Part shown: one piece after another, positions 24,589 to 37,180 of the stretch | How the letters are laid out: every line of letters starts with the position of its first letter | Numbering within the stretch: the stretch's first letter is position 1 | Assembly (NCBI GenBank): GCA_013239625.1 | Contig: MU056000.1 | Span: forward strand, 14,598,851-14,662,850 | From: Lama guanicoe | Lineage: Eukaryota | DNA: 64,000 bases | Direction: 5' to 3' | Notes under the pieces: model-generated | Told to the model about the DNA's origin: nothing | What the model saw: the letters and a program-made list of their open reading frames with translations, nothing else | The model's database searches: none | Position numbers and translations under genes: made by a program

Positions 24589-25474
24589 AAGAGATAACAA
24601 GAATCCAAATTGGAACCGAAGAAGTAAAACTGTCACTGTTGGCAGATGACGTGACAGTCTACATAGAAAACCCTAAAGAAGTGACCAGAAAACTACTCGA
24701 GCTCATCAAGTAATCTGATACACTCGTAGGATACAAGATTAACATACAGAAATCAGTTGCATTTCTATACGCTAACAACAAAATAGCAAAAAAAGAAATT
24801 AAGGAAACAACAGCATTTACCATCGCACCGAAAAGAATAAAACACCTAGGAAAAAGCCTATCCAAGGAGGCAAAGGACCTGTACTCCAAAAACTGCAAGA
24901 CACTTACGAAAGAAATTGAAGATGACACAACAAATGGAAAGATACACCGTGTTCTTGGACTGGAAGATTCAATATTGTTAAAACGGCCATACTACCCAAG
25001 GCCGCATATAGATTCAGTGCAATCCCTATCAAATTACCAACGACATTTTTCACAGAGCTGGAACAAGTACTGTATGATGCCAGTTACATGTGGAATCTAA
25101 AAAAAGCCGAACTCATAAAAATGGAGTGTAAAACTGTAGTCACCAGGGCATGGGGGTTGGGCGAATGGGACAGACAGTGTTTAAAGATACAAACTTGTAA
25201 CAAGCAGGAAATAATCCCTAGAGACCTAATGCACAACATAGTGAATACAGACAACAAATTGTATTGCAGTCATCAAACTTGCTGAGAAACTAGAACTTAA
25301 TCATTCTAATCACTAAACGAAAGGATAATTACATAACATAAGAGAGATACTAATTATTGCTACAATGGCAATCATATTATAATATATAAATTCATCAAAT
25401 GTACATGTTATATGCCTTAAATTTATACAATGTTATATGATTAAAATATTTCATTAAAAATAAATAAATAAATA
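24589..25474 (+). mobile_element. 5'-truncated L1 with internal deletion: ORF2 RT fragment joined to the 3' UTR and A-rich tail
   Basis: Translates [25 protein letters not shown]...GYKINIQKSVAFLY...[26 protein letters not shown] with a stop and a frameshift, then ATGTGGAATCTAAAAAAAG 3' UTR and an (AAAT)n tail. Confidence 0.95.
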
Positions 25475-26499
25475 ACAGCAAGACAATAAAGATAGCAATT
25501 ATTGTGAATCTGTTGGCATCTCCATTTCATGTTTTGCTAAATTTCACTCCTTTAGAATAATTCCCATATGATAAACATCTACATTTCTTCAATGTCTCTT
25601 CTTTTTCTCAGAAGGTTTTTTCTCTATTACCCAGTAACAACTGGTCAATTTTCTCCCCTGAAAATTATTTCCTGACATGAATGTAATTTAGAACCCCTGT
25701 CAAAGCATGATTTTATAAGATAATGGTTCTCTAGACTTAGACTGATCAAATATGTCACAGGTAGATGAGTAACCACTCAGACTGTTGAACTTACTATGCT
25801 GACATAGCAAAGGAGTTGGTTAAGTGCCTGCGAAAAGTAGGGCCCCCCTCAAAAGAAACTAAAACTGGTAAATGATACAAGTTAGGATGATAAAAATCAA
25901 AGGTGTTCATTTAAAATGTATCCATCCATATGTATTAAAATTTGTATTGGAACACTGGGCAAATAACTCGCAAGTGTTAGCAGATCAGTCAATCTAAAGA
26001 AGACAGAGTTATCTTCAAATGCTACCTGTATACTCCTTGGATAAAGGCAGCTCAACACCATCACTTTCTATCCTCTTTGTAGCATAATGTGTATCAGTAA
26101 TGGTGGCAACAGTATGGCAGCAGGGAGCAAAAGACAATGATTCTTACCATCAAAGAAAACGAGAAAGATAGTAAACAGGAAGGCAGAGTGGTAGGAAAGA
26201 TGGAAGAGCCCTTGCACAACGCCCAGTCTGAACCGTGCACTGTGAACAATCCACAGTGATCACGGGTCACAGGTGCTGCTGCTCTGTTGTATTTTTCTGG
26301 GAAAACGCATTTACTCTATTCACTTTGTGTGTGTATTGACTTTTAAGAGGCATTCAATATTGTAAAGACTAAAACTAAAAAGATGCTATCACAAATAAAA
26401 CATTTAATTGAAGTAAAAATTAAGACTCTTATCTGCGCCTCTGCCCTTCCCAGTTCTCCAGAGGGCACTCCTATTAGATACACTTTTGCAAAAGTAAAA

Positions 26500-29160
26500 T
26501 CTCATCATCACAAAATCTTTCTTTCTTCCATCTTTTCACTGAACGTGCCCTTAACAATTTTGCTCTAATGGCTGCCTGGACCTCTCCTGAGGACACGGCG
26601 GACTTCCCCTGTGCGGCTCTTAACTGGTAGAGGATTTCGGTTATGTTTTATTTTTGTTTCCTCTATAATTCTCTTATCACCGAGCTTGCGAGTGGGTTTT
26701 CTTGCTCTTCCCAGTCTATTCTCTGTCCTACATGGCGATTTGAAGCCCCTGTTATCGGATATGATCGCTTAGGGCCTTTCATCATTGCATCATCTGCTGA
26801 TACCCGGGGCTCTCACAGACTCTCACTGTCTCTAATTCCCATCTCACTGTTCCTTTGCCTGCCAGAATTCTTGATGATTTCAATGTCAGAGTGAACAGAA
26901 ATCCTAACCACATTGTGACTTCTCAGTTTCTTAAACTACTGTGAACTTGCCTGGCATCCTCCCCGGGCCACTCAGCCCCACGGTTATGACCCAGTCCCCG
27001 CCATTACCTATAATGGCGACTCCTCCATAATTTCAATTTCACGCATCACCCTCTGTCAGCTCGATTTCCTGACTTCTTGCTCATACTCACTGCCTTCAGC
27101 AACCCCACTCGGAGAGGCCATTGTGCCACTGGGACGTATATTTATTGATCCCACAGTATTTTCACTTTCCCTCATCAACCTTACATATTTCTGTTCCATT
27201 AAAAAACAAGTTTAAATTACATGGTCAGTTGTTATAATGACTCCCCTGCCTGTTCTTTCAACTACACACCACTCTTCTTCAGTTTTGTCATGCAACTTGG
27301 CTACACCTTGGCCCTAATTAAATAACTCTTCACCAATCCAGTCCTGACTCTGAGCACTGATGTAACTGGAGAAAAGCACATAGCTGTGCTGCCTGATCTC
27401 GTTTCACATTCTCCTTAAATCTTAAGGAAATTCAATTTCCTATTTTTTTCCTCCTGATTTTTTTTTTTTTTATTGAAGGATGGTCAGTTACAACGTGTCA
27501 GACAAGGTGGGAAGGGATAAATTAGGAGTTTGAAATTTGCAAATATTAACTACCATGTATAAAATAGATTAAAAAAAAATCCCTCCTACTCTTTTCAATG
27601 ATGGTTCTGTATCTTTTCTGCTCTCTTCAAATATTCCTCGTCTCCTCCTCCATATTCCCATGAAGCTGGTGAACTTGGTTCTTAATTTGCTGAGAAATGA
27701 AGTCCAATCACCTGTCCTCACATCCGTGGACCTGTTAGCATTTATCCCTGTACACTCTGCTTTCCTTCCCGTTAGTATGTTAAAGGCCAACACCTCCACT
27801 TATGTACTGTTGGCAAAGACCTCTCACCAGTGTCTTGACTTCTATGCAATATCTTTGACCAAAGAAAAATGCTCCTCTTCCTCTAAAGGCTCCTCTTCCT
27901 TTGAATGGACCCAGCCTTTTCTTTGCTGAGGTGCAAATGCTAACAATAAGCATGAGCTAGATGACTGCTCCTACTTGCCTCCTGGATTCAGCACCTCCAT
28001 GTGCTGCCCGCCTCTCCCAGAGGGGAACCATCTCTTTCCTGCTCAGGGATGTCACTAGTAATTCTGCACTCTGTTTCCAGTGCATCACTGTCCCCTCTCC
28101 ACTAGGTCACTCCCATCCTGCTGTTATTTATTCTACCCTAAAAATACAATCCCTTGTGACCCACCTCCTCCTCCACACTACCTCCTCCTCATCATTTCTA
28201 TTGCCCCAATTACAGCTAAAATTATTCTGAGTTCTTTAGACTCGTTGTCATTCTGCTTTCCCCATCTCTCTTAAATCCACTGCAAGTGAGCAATCTCCTC
28301 TTCCATCCCACGGAAACTATTTTTAGTGAGGTCATCAAGGTTTTCTCCTGATAAAGGCAAGGCCAGTTCTCAGAACTTACATATTTTTGATGTGTTGATA
28401 GCTCTCTTCCTGTAAATGCAGCTGCATAAATGCCACCCTCTGTGTGTTTGACCCAATCACTCCTCACCACTTTTCACTGCTGTCACACCACAGTGGTCCA
28501 GCCACCATCCTATAGAACTTGAATTATGGCAGTAGCTTCTTAATTGATTCAGTCTATGCAACACTTCAAGGGTATGCATCACAAATCATGATTATGACTT
28601 TAATATACACATCGACAAAGTTACTTTCTGTTCTCAACTCTCACTGTTTCCCTGTCACGCAGAGCAAAAAGTGAAGTCTTTACTTGTAATCTTTGCAAAG
28701 AATAGCTTCATTACCTCTCAGATCTAATTTCCTTTCTCTCCAACTTGCTAACTCTGATCTCCTATCACAGGTAGATAATACTGACTATTTTCTCTAACTT
28801 CGTTTCTCTTCCTTCGGGTATTTCCAAAACTTACTCCCTCACCTCCTTTAAGTCTTCCCTTAAATAACCATCACCTCCCCTGTGAAGCTTCTTCTGACCA
28901 AACTGTAAAATTGCTTCTCTCCACCAGGACTCCCAGCCGCTTGCGCTGCTTTACGTTTCTTCTTGAAACTCACCACTTTTCTACACGTTACATTTACCAA
29001 CTCCCTTACTTTCTAGAATGTAATTTCATTAACAGGGAGGGTTTTTTGGTTTTGCTTTTTGATTTTGTTTTTTTCTGTTTATTGCCATCCCTTCTCTAGT
29101 CCCTAAAAGAATGCCAGGCATATAATAGATACTAAATCAAAATTCACTGAGCTGGACTGG
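26500..29160 (+). mobile_element. Long L2 copy from the endonuclease region to the 3' tail
   Basis: Decayed APE-endonuclease motif ILDDFNVRV (cf. ILGDFNIHV) at ~26866; CTCTTAAATCCACTGCAA...TGAGGTCATCAA...GGCCAGTTCTCAG in the RT region; tail CTAAAAGAATGCCAGGCATATAATAG. Confidence 0.8.
27458..27579 (-). mobile_element. Tiny 5'-inverted L1 insertion nested in L2
   Basis: Poly(T) plus the antisense L1 3' terminus (27458-27500) joined to a sense L1 3'-UTR segment (~27505-27579) homologous to ~47646-47720. Confidence 0.8.
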
Positions 29161-29487
29161 AGTCTATTTTTCAGTCTTCTGGCTCCCTCGACAATAACAT
29201 GAACAAGTCATCTTTAATCTAGTATCTTCATAAATTTCTGACGTATTCTCGTTTATATAAGTTTTTTAATCTTGAAAAGAGAAAACTAGACGCGTGTTAT
29301 CATACGACACTTCAGTACTAATGACAGTAATCAGCACAGCTATCTTTAATGATAAACTTCTAAGGGAGTGAGTTTTAGAAGTCTGAGTTTATGCATCCAT
29401 TTTTAAATGATTTGAATTCCATGTATAGTTCATACTTTTATCCAATGACATATTGCCTTTGAGTTATGTTCTAAAGTTTCTTGACTT

Positions 29488-29519
29488 AAAAAAAAAAAAA
29501 AGAGAGAGAGAGAGAGAGA
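29488..29519. repeat. A-run followed by (AG)n
   Basis: Directly visible. Confidence 0.9.
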
Positions 29520-29524
29520 TAGAA

Positions 29525-29720
29525 GCCAGTGTAAACTATGGACTTTGAGTGATAATGATGTGCCAACGTAGGTTCATCGACTGTAACACACATACGACTC
29601 TGGTAAGAGGCATCAGGGGAGGCTGTGCGTTTGTGGGAACAGGGAGCAATGAGAACTCTACACTTTCCATTCAGTTTTGCTATGAACCTAAAACTGCTCT
29701 AAAATAAATTGCATTAATTA
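29525..29720 (+). mobile_element. L1MC-like 3' terminus
   Basis: TGTAAACTATGGACTTTGAGTGATAATGATGTGCCAACGTAGGTTCATCGACTGTAACA...TTTTGCTATGAACCTAAAACTGCTCTAAAATAAA. Confidence 0.88.
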
Positions 29721-30499
29721 GAAAGAGGAGAGAAATAAGTGAGTATGTCTGTGGATTCAATTTGGAAATGATTAAGTTCGGCAGTTATACACCACCTCTG
29801 ACTGAGAATTGGCAGAAGCTGAGAGGTTAGAGTATGTCCTTCCCAATTAGAAAAGATTAAGCTTCAACTTTGACCAGGGTGCTGTGTTTGACTTAATCAC
29901 CTGTGTTCCCTGAGGTACTCAGTTGTTAATAAAGCGTAACAATATGTGATATTATTTTGCACCATTTTATTATGCGACGTGGAACTTTTTGATACACAGA
30001 TCCATGCAATATACATAATCAAAATTTTACTGCCTGCTCTTCACCTTTTATTATCTACACTATTCTTTATAAATGTATTTTTATTTTAACTAATGTATAT
30101 ATTATTTTTAAGTTAGTAATATCATGTGTTAAGCATTTGCCATATTAAAGGCATTGTAATCAGCACACTTTAACTCATTTGTATGTATTCATACAAGAGC
30201 TATAAGTAGACATTAATATTAAATTTTTAGCTAAAGAAAGTTAGCCTTAAAGCGTTAAGTAACTCTCAGGATTCTCTATATGATGAGTTGTAAAGATGAG
30301 AGTCAAGCATAAGACTGTCTAACACTACAGAATCTTTATATTCTTAATGCTTCGTTATACTTAATACAACTCTATTGAAGTTATTTATTAAAAAAAATAA
30401 AATGGCAAGTAGAAAATAAAAGATATTCATGCTCAGTAAGTCAAGCAACTGTTGAAATTTCAATATATATCTTTCTAAATTTATGTTGAACTCTGTATA

Positions 30500-31270
30500 A
30501 TTTATAATATTAGCATACTACTTAATATATTATTTTGTGACAGAACTTTTATACTTAACTGGTTACTCTGAGTTTTTCAAATTAACTGACTGTGTTACTT
30601 CAGCTGTATTATACAAATGTGCCACAGCTTCATTAATTCCCTGTTTTGGGCATTCTGTCCCCTATCTTACTATTATAAATAATTCTGTGATTGATGATTT
30701 TTCTTGTATCTTTGTTCACGTCACTTGCATTTCTTATCATGTCCTCAGAATTAATTTATACTATTATTTTTTTCATCCATGAATGTTTCTATGCCTTTCT
30801 ACATAAATTCCTCAAGTATCTCCTGGAATGGATCCATTACCGGTTTCAACAACAGTGTGTGACTTTTTATTTTCTGTAATTTTTCCAAAGCTAGGCATTT
30901 TTACTTGTTTTGTTGGAGTTGTGCTGGTTTTGCTTGATCATTTTGATGAGAGCATTTCCATCATCTGACGAACTTACTTGTTTCCAATCAATATGAGAGG
31001 AAACATATCCGTGAGGTTGCATGTCATCTGTGTTCCTGCGTGCTTTTTTGAATATACTGTTCTGTTTTTTCTTATCTGACTCAACTGTTTCCTTATGATT
31101 TGTAAAGGATGTTGCATAGTAAGAATGTTTTTCAGCTTGGCATATAATTGGTGGACCTTTTTATCCTCTGAGTCTGTGAAAGCACCAATGTGTTTATTCA
31201 TGTCGTTTTGTGAAATCGAGAACTTAATATTTATGTAGCCAGATCTTTTTGGTATCTTATTTTTGTGCTT
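30500..31270 (-). mobile_element. Highly decayed L1ME fragment
   Basis: TTACTATTATAAATAATTCTGTGATTGATG, CAACAACAGTGTGTGAC and CTTAATATTTATGTAGCCAGATCT resemble antisense L1ME. Confidence 0.5.
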
Positions 31271-31319
31271 GGAACGATCACGTTTCCTGAGCTGACACTC
31301 TCTTCCTGCTTACTTCTTT

Positions 31320-31770
31320 CTTAGAGACTTACTTCTCCCGGCCTTTCTGAGGGGATGCGTACATGGTGCCCTGCACTGGGCCTTTGCTGGCCAGTCAGTT
31401 CTTATTCCTGGAATTTAGGAATTGGTTTTCGGAGACTTAGTTAACTTATGTAAAGTCGGCCGGTGAAACCATAGGACTGGAGGAATCATTTTCCATCATG
31501 AAACTGGCCTACAGACCAACAGAGAAATACAATAATAAAGTAAATGCTTAAAAGGAAGTGGTGATTGGTTTTATGCCTCAAGGAGAGAACGTCAATCAGG
31601 GAAGGCAGGTGCTATGTCTCCTGGTGGATGTTGAGACATTTGCTGTTTATTGAGAGGAGGGAGCCGTGTTTGCTGAGAGGTACCCTTTCTCATTCCAATC
31701 AATTTTGTTTGTTCACTTAGGTTAATATTATGGATTCTTTTCTCTGTAACTAAATCATCTCTAATGAAGT
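31320..31770 (+). mobile_element. Ancient MaLR LTR (MLT1M/N-like)
   Basis: GCTGGCCAGTCAGTTCTTATTCCTGGAATTTAGGAATTGG...CATTTTCCATCATG...TTCTCTGTAACTAAATCATCTCTAA. Confidence 0.4.
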
Positions 31771-31924
31771 TTCACTCAACATGTATTTTTTGGATTTTTC
31801 TTCTCATTTGTTTTGTACTGTTTGTTCTTACAGCAGGACTACATTAGTTTAAGTAGCATAACCTCCCAGGACACTTGAATGTCCTCCAGCAGAAGTCATC
31901 GTCATATGTTTCTATGAATATTCC

Positions 31925-31966
<42 letters not shown>

Positions 31967-31988
31967 CATATATATATATATATACATA
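31925..31988. repeat. Compound (TG)16/(TA)n microsatellite
   Basis: Directly visible. Confidence 0.95.
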
Positions 31989-32189
31989 CTTATAAAATAT
32001 ATAATACCTTCATATTTCCAGAAGAATTTCAATATATTTTTATCTTTTTGCAAAATTAAAACAAAATCCATTAAGATTTTCATTATATTTTAATGTGTAA
32101 CACAATTCAGTAGGAGTAAAGGTTTGGTAACATTTAATTTTTCATACAAACAAAAAATATCTTCCTGCATTCATTTTGAGATTTTTCAT

Positions 32190-32500
32190 TATTCATGCGT
32201 GTATCATCAAAGTTACAACAAACATTTACTGAGTCCCTGTTCCAGGCCTTGGCCAGGGTAGTGAATGAATAGAGATGAGAATAAGATAGACATACTCCCA
32301 GACTACAGAGAATTGACGTCTAGGAGGGAGGACAGACATTAGACAGTCATTGAATGAAATGACTCTGGAGAGGAAATAGAGACTAAATGATTCCAGCCTT
32401 CAACAGTCAAGTTAAGAGTTTCAGTGTTCATAACAGTAGTAATGAAAGTCATTGATGACAGGTTTTAAGCAGAGAAGCGATACGATCAAATCTGTATAGG
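32190..32500 (-). mobile_element. L2 3' end
   Basis: CAACAAACATTTACTGAGTCCCTGTTCCAGGCCTTGG...ATAAGATAGACATACTCCC...GGAGGACAGACATTA. Confidence 0.7.
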
Positions 32501-32771
32501 ATGTATTCATGACTACTTACATTTTGGTACTGCTTTTTGTATTATAATTTCAACTGCTTTACATAGGAAAGTATTGATTTTGAAAGGTTATGTGTTGTTT
32601 ATTTGTAGTTATTATAACTTCTAATTTTTAAAGTTTTTCATCTGAATAGTCTAGGTAGATAAAAATGTAAACATAATAATATTGCATATTTTTATATACA
32701 AACCCAATGAGAATAGATTTCTTCATTTTTCCTAGTTTTCCCCTGTTCTAGTGGGTATCTTTTACTTATTA

Positions 32772-33525
32772 CATTATTCAAGGTGAGTCAGGAAAAAAAT
32801 AACCTGTAATGGTATTTCAGAAAGAAATGTATTTAATACAGGGCAGTGGAGGCTTATATAACCCCCGGGATGGCTGAAGTACTGAAGATCAAGTAGACCA
32901 TTAAGAGGAAATTTAGTTGTGCCCGGAGTCATGCAAGTGGTCACAATGATTCCAGCTGTCTGCAAAACCAAATCACACGTTTCTCAGGAGAACACTTTAG
33001 AAGAATACCATGAGAAGGGCCAACTAGTCAGTAATCTCAACTACTTTCTGGTAACAGAATTCTAAACTTCCTTTTGGGAGAAATTCTTGACCTACTTTTA
33101 GTTCATGTAACTTACATAGACCTGAAATCTCAATCTTGTTTCTATTAGTAAGGATTTTACCAGTGACTGGCTTTTAGAAGTTTGCATTGTTCTGATCACC
33201 CTGAGCAGTTGAGAGTTCAGCATATTACTAAGTCAGGTCAATTAGTTCCTACCTTTTAAATTCTACTGAGATGAACTGTGTTCACTGGACTTACTCATTT
33301 AACAGAAGGTGAACCTTAGACTGATGCTGACCATCATTATCACCACATGGGAAAACTGAATAGAAAATCAATGTAAAGGAAACAATCTAAATTTGAAGGC
33401 TTTTTTGAACAACTGATTTCAGCAATATTTGGAGCTAAGTTTAGAACTGTATTTCTGGATTATATCATTAAGTTTTGCTTCAGCCAACTGAGTTAGATTT
33501 CTTCATTCCCACTGAAAGGAGCCCA
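32772..33525. mobile_element. Decayed LTR fragments (LTR33/41-like minus piece followed by an MLT1-like plus piece)
   Basis: GAGTCAGGAAAAAAATAACC...GGTATTTCAG...ATTTAATACAGGG; GCTGACCATCATTATCACCACATGGG; GCTTCAGCCAACTGAGTTAGATTTCTTCATTCCCACTGAAAG. Confidence 0.4.
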
Positions 33526-36500
33526 ATTTTTATAGCTATTAAATGTACTTTTTATTCTTTTTATAAAAGACTTAACTTTCTATTATTATAACCAGGATTT
33601 CTGCATCCACATTACACGGTTAGAATATTTTGTGCTGCCATTTTAAAGTTTCATATGATGTTAGAACAATAATGTTACATAAATTGTCAAGTTCTCTAAC
33701 TTTTCTCAGTTTAAAGACTTTCTATAGATTGAGATTTTTTTCAATTAAATAAGTTTAATGTAATACTATCTATTATGAGGCATCTGTTTACAGAGAAATT
33801 CTTTAGAAACTTAAAATTATATTTCAAAGTTACCATTTTGTTTAGGTTTTCTATCATTTACTGAATCTGTTCTTGAAATTCACATTGTCCTCGTCACAGA
33901 GATTTTCAACTATTTAGCTTAGCAACTGATTACTTAACTTTCCTTGTACTTGTTCTGCTGTGTTTTTCAGTTTATTATACTTACAGGATTTTAGGAATGT
34001 TACAGTAGTTTTTCCCCTATAGTGTCCAGTGGATTGCTTTACAGAGGGAGGGAGCAAGTGTACAAACAGAACCCCTACAGAAGAGAATTTCCCATTAGGA
34101 AAAAATAGTGAGCGAAATCTTTCAAAGGCTCACACGATGCACAGATGTCAAATGGGAGAAGGTTGCTAAGGTGTGATTCTGGTGCTGGAATTATTTTTGA
34201 AAACTGAGTATATAACTGTCTCTATATATAGTTAGAAATAGACATAGACATATAGTAAGTCGTACTCTTGCCACATTCATAAACTATTAGATTTCAGCAT
34301 TTGGAAGCTCACTACAACCTAAGATCACTCGACAGGCACAAGATATCAGAAGGCTTATTTTATTTTAAAGTGTGGAAATACATACCCCAAGGAAAATTTC
34401 ACAATGCTTTCATTTTTTAACTGTCTCAAGAATATATTCTGTGATTATGAACATGAAATTATAAATTGTGTATCCCTATATGTACTACTTTATTAAATAT
34501 TGCACAGTGTTTTAAATCACATGGCAATGTTCCAGACACTATTAAATGATATCTCAGATTTTGACAGCATAAAGGTAAATAATTTTCATAGATTTTTTTC
34601 GACCTCAAATCAGGATTCTAACGTCAAACCTGAGCTCGAGACACAGTAGCAGTCTACTCAAGCTGGTCAGTGAGTTTGAAGTTGCCTTTCATGCTAGCAT
34701 ATCTCTCATGGGTTGATTGGCTCTGCTGCCTGTCATTCCTATGGGTGTCATTTCTTTTTTTATATCTTGCACTTCTGGAAATGTCATATATTTTGTTTCA
34801 GGGAAAATATATTTTTATCCCTTTCAAATTTCAACATGTTAGAGTAATTTTCAAAAGACATATCCTAGAGCTATAAAATGTATTAAAGGAATTCTTTATG
34901 TTTGCTAGTCATTGAAAATACTTTTATCTGTATTTTTAAGTACTTGGGCACCGCTTAAAATGTTGAAGCCTGTGATAGTGTTTCAACTAGGTCTATAAAC
35001 ACACATAACAATAGTACAATCATGTTAAAAATGCTTTGGTTCCTGAAGAACCACTTAAAGCATTTTCATGTACCCTTTCAAGGCATTTCTTCTGACAAGA
35101 TAGGCCAGTCTTTCAGTATGTTCAGCATGGTGTGACATGCAGGGAATTTGGATGTCTTGAAACTAACTCCATAATGGGCGCTTTCAAAATTTAGAGCAAA
35201 GGATAATATCAAAAACATGATAACTTCTTCATGGCTTTCCATCTATTGAAACTATTGCTTCCCTAGAATACTCAAGACAAACAACATGTATGCTGGATTT
35301 ATAATTTAAGTGTTTGTTGTTGACAAGATATAGGCAATTGACATGTGTATGCATATGTGTGTTTATTAAAAATTGAAATTACTACTTGAAAGGGAAATAA
35401 TAAAATCAGCTGCCTTAATTTCTAAATAAAAATTACAGTTATGTGAATCCAAGACATCAGGAAATGAGGCCAATGTTGCCTGAAAACATGCCTTCTTATA
35501 GAAATATTTATTAAGTGGCAATTATGTAACAAATTAAATGTGTTTTTAATGTCCATATGTTAATTTTCATGACAAACTGTTTTCCATACATTTATGTATT
35601 AACATTACTTCTTGAGTAGAAAAATTGAGTTACTAAATACTGACTTCATATATCCCAGATTTAGCTAATAGTACTCTGTACCTACTTCGGAAAATAAACA
35701 AATGACTCTAAAAGATGACAATATATTCATTTTTAAAGATGATGAGATAGCAGATTTTAGTAAATTAGCCACCATCAAATGTCTAGTAGTGTAGTAGTGG
35801 GTATTGAATGTTTTGATACTCAAGTAGCAAAACTCAACTACTAGTAAATAAATTACTTCTATTTAAAGTTTTAGACAGGTAATTGCATCATTCAGAATTT
35901 TTTCTTTGTAAAAATACTCTTTTGTAAGAGCTTAAAGGTTTGGATTACTGATGTGGCATTTAAGTTTATCTAATTTACAAATAATTTTTATACATCTATA
36001 ATACTAATTATATCCTCGTTCAAGATAAAAAATATTTTTCCAGATCCTTTTGACTCTGATTCTTTATATTTTTACTTATAGTTATGCCTTAGATTACAAA
36101 AAAATTACAATTTTTCTCAAAGTTAATTGAGGTTCTAGAGCTCTGGATGGATATGTCTTGGCAATTTGTTTTTGAAACAGTGTGGAATTCTTCAGCTAAT
36201 AAGAAAGCATGCAAGACAAAACAAACCATGGTTACTGTGGAAACTGAAAATTTTAACTTTTATTTAGGCTCTCTTTAATGCTTTTATGAGTCTTGTTTGT
36301 ATTCTAACATTCATGTTATCTTCTCCACAATCAGATTCAACTTCCCTAAAATATCTCAGGGGAATACTGAAATATTGTTTTATATACAAACTAGAAAGGT
36401 CTTTTTCTATATGCTCCAATCTATCTGAGAGAGCTTTAAGTAAGTAGTGATATAAAAATTACTTCTTGCTATAAACTGATAGACCAGTACTTTTTTGCTA

Positions 36501-36954
36501 GATAATATTTTGGACTTACACACGCATGCACCCTCCCAGGCCATTTTTTTATGATCAAAAGATTGTATAAATTAATGGCAATCATTATGGTATATCACTT
36601 CATAGCATGTTCATGGACCTCAATGGTAATGGATTTGAACTGTTTCCTTTTTCTTATAAGGGATAGCCAGAGAGATCATGTATGTGACTTTCCAGAACGA
36701 GAGACCCAGAAAACGTGATGGCTTAGTTCTCCTAAATCAAGGTACGGATCTACTGATTTAATTGTTTCACTAGCCAAGTTTAGTGTAAAGAGTGGAGAAT
36801 ACTTAGGTGAATAATCAGCTAATGAAGAAAAAGAAGAAACTGGAGATGTGTTGATAAAAACACCTTAAAAGTCTATATAGGTAGAGTAAGGCAGTCATGA
36901 GCAAGTTGTACAGATGCCTAAATAATAGTTCAAGATGAGGGTAAGTGAGGACAA

Positions 36955-37180
36955 GATGCTGTCTGCTGGTGACTGAGTGATTAACAGGCTGAAGTTTGAG
37001 GTCAAACTCTAAATCTGCAGTTCAGTAGCTGCCTGATTCTGGGCAAATTACTTTATTCTTTATGCTGTGCTTTTCCATATTCACAAAATCATCTCACATT
37101 TCTAACTTCATAGAATTCACGTAGGTGAGGAGTGAGAGCATGAAAAAGATAGCCCTCAATACATCTCAGCTCTTCTCATA
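36955..37180 (+). mobile_element. MIR fragment
   Basis: GGTCAAACTCTAAATCTGCAGTTCAGTAGCTGCCTGATTCTGGGCAAATTACTTTATTCTTTATGCT. Confidence 0.55.

Noticed and set aside
24659..24928. 89-aa minus-strand ORF
   Set aside because: It is the antisense reading of the L1 ORF2 remnant, a common artefact.
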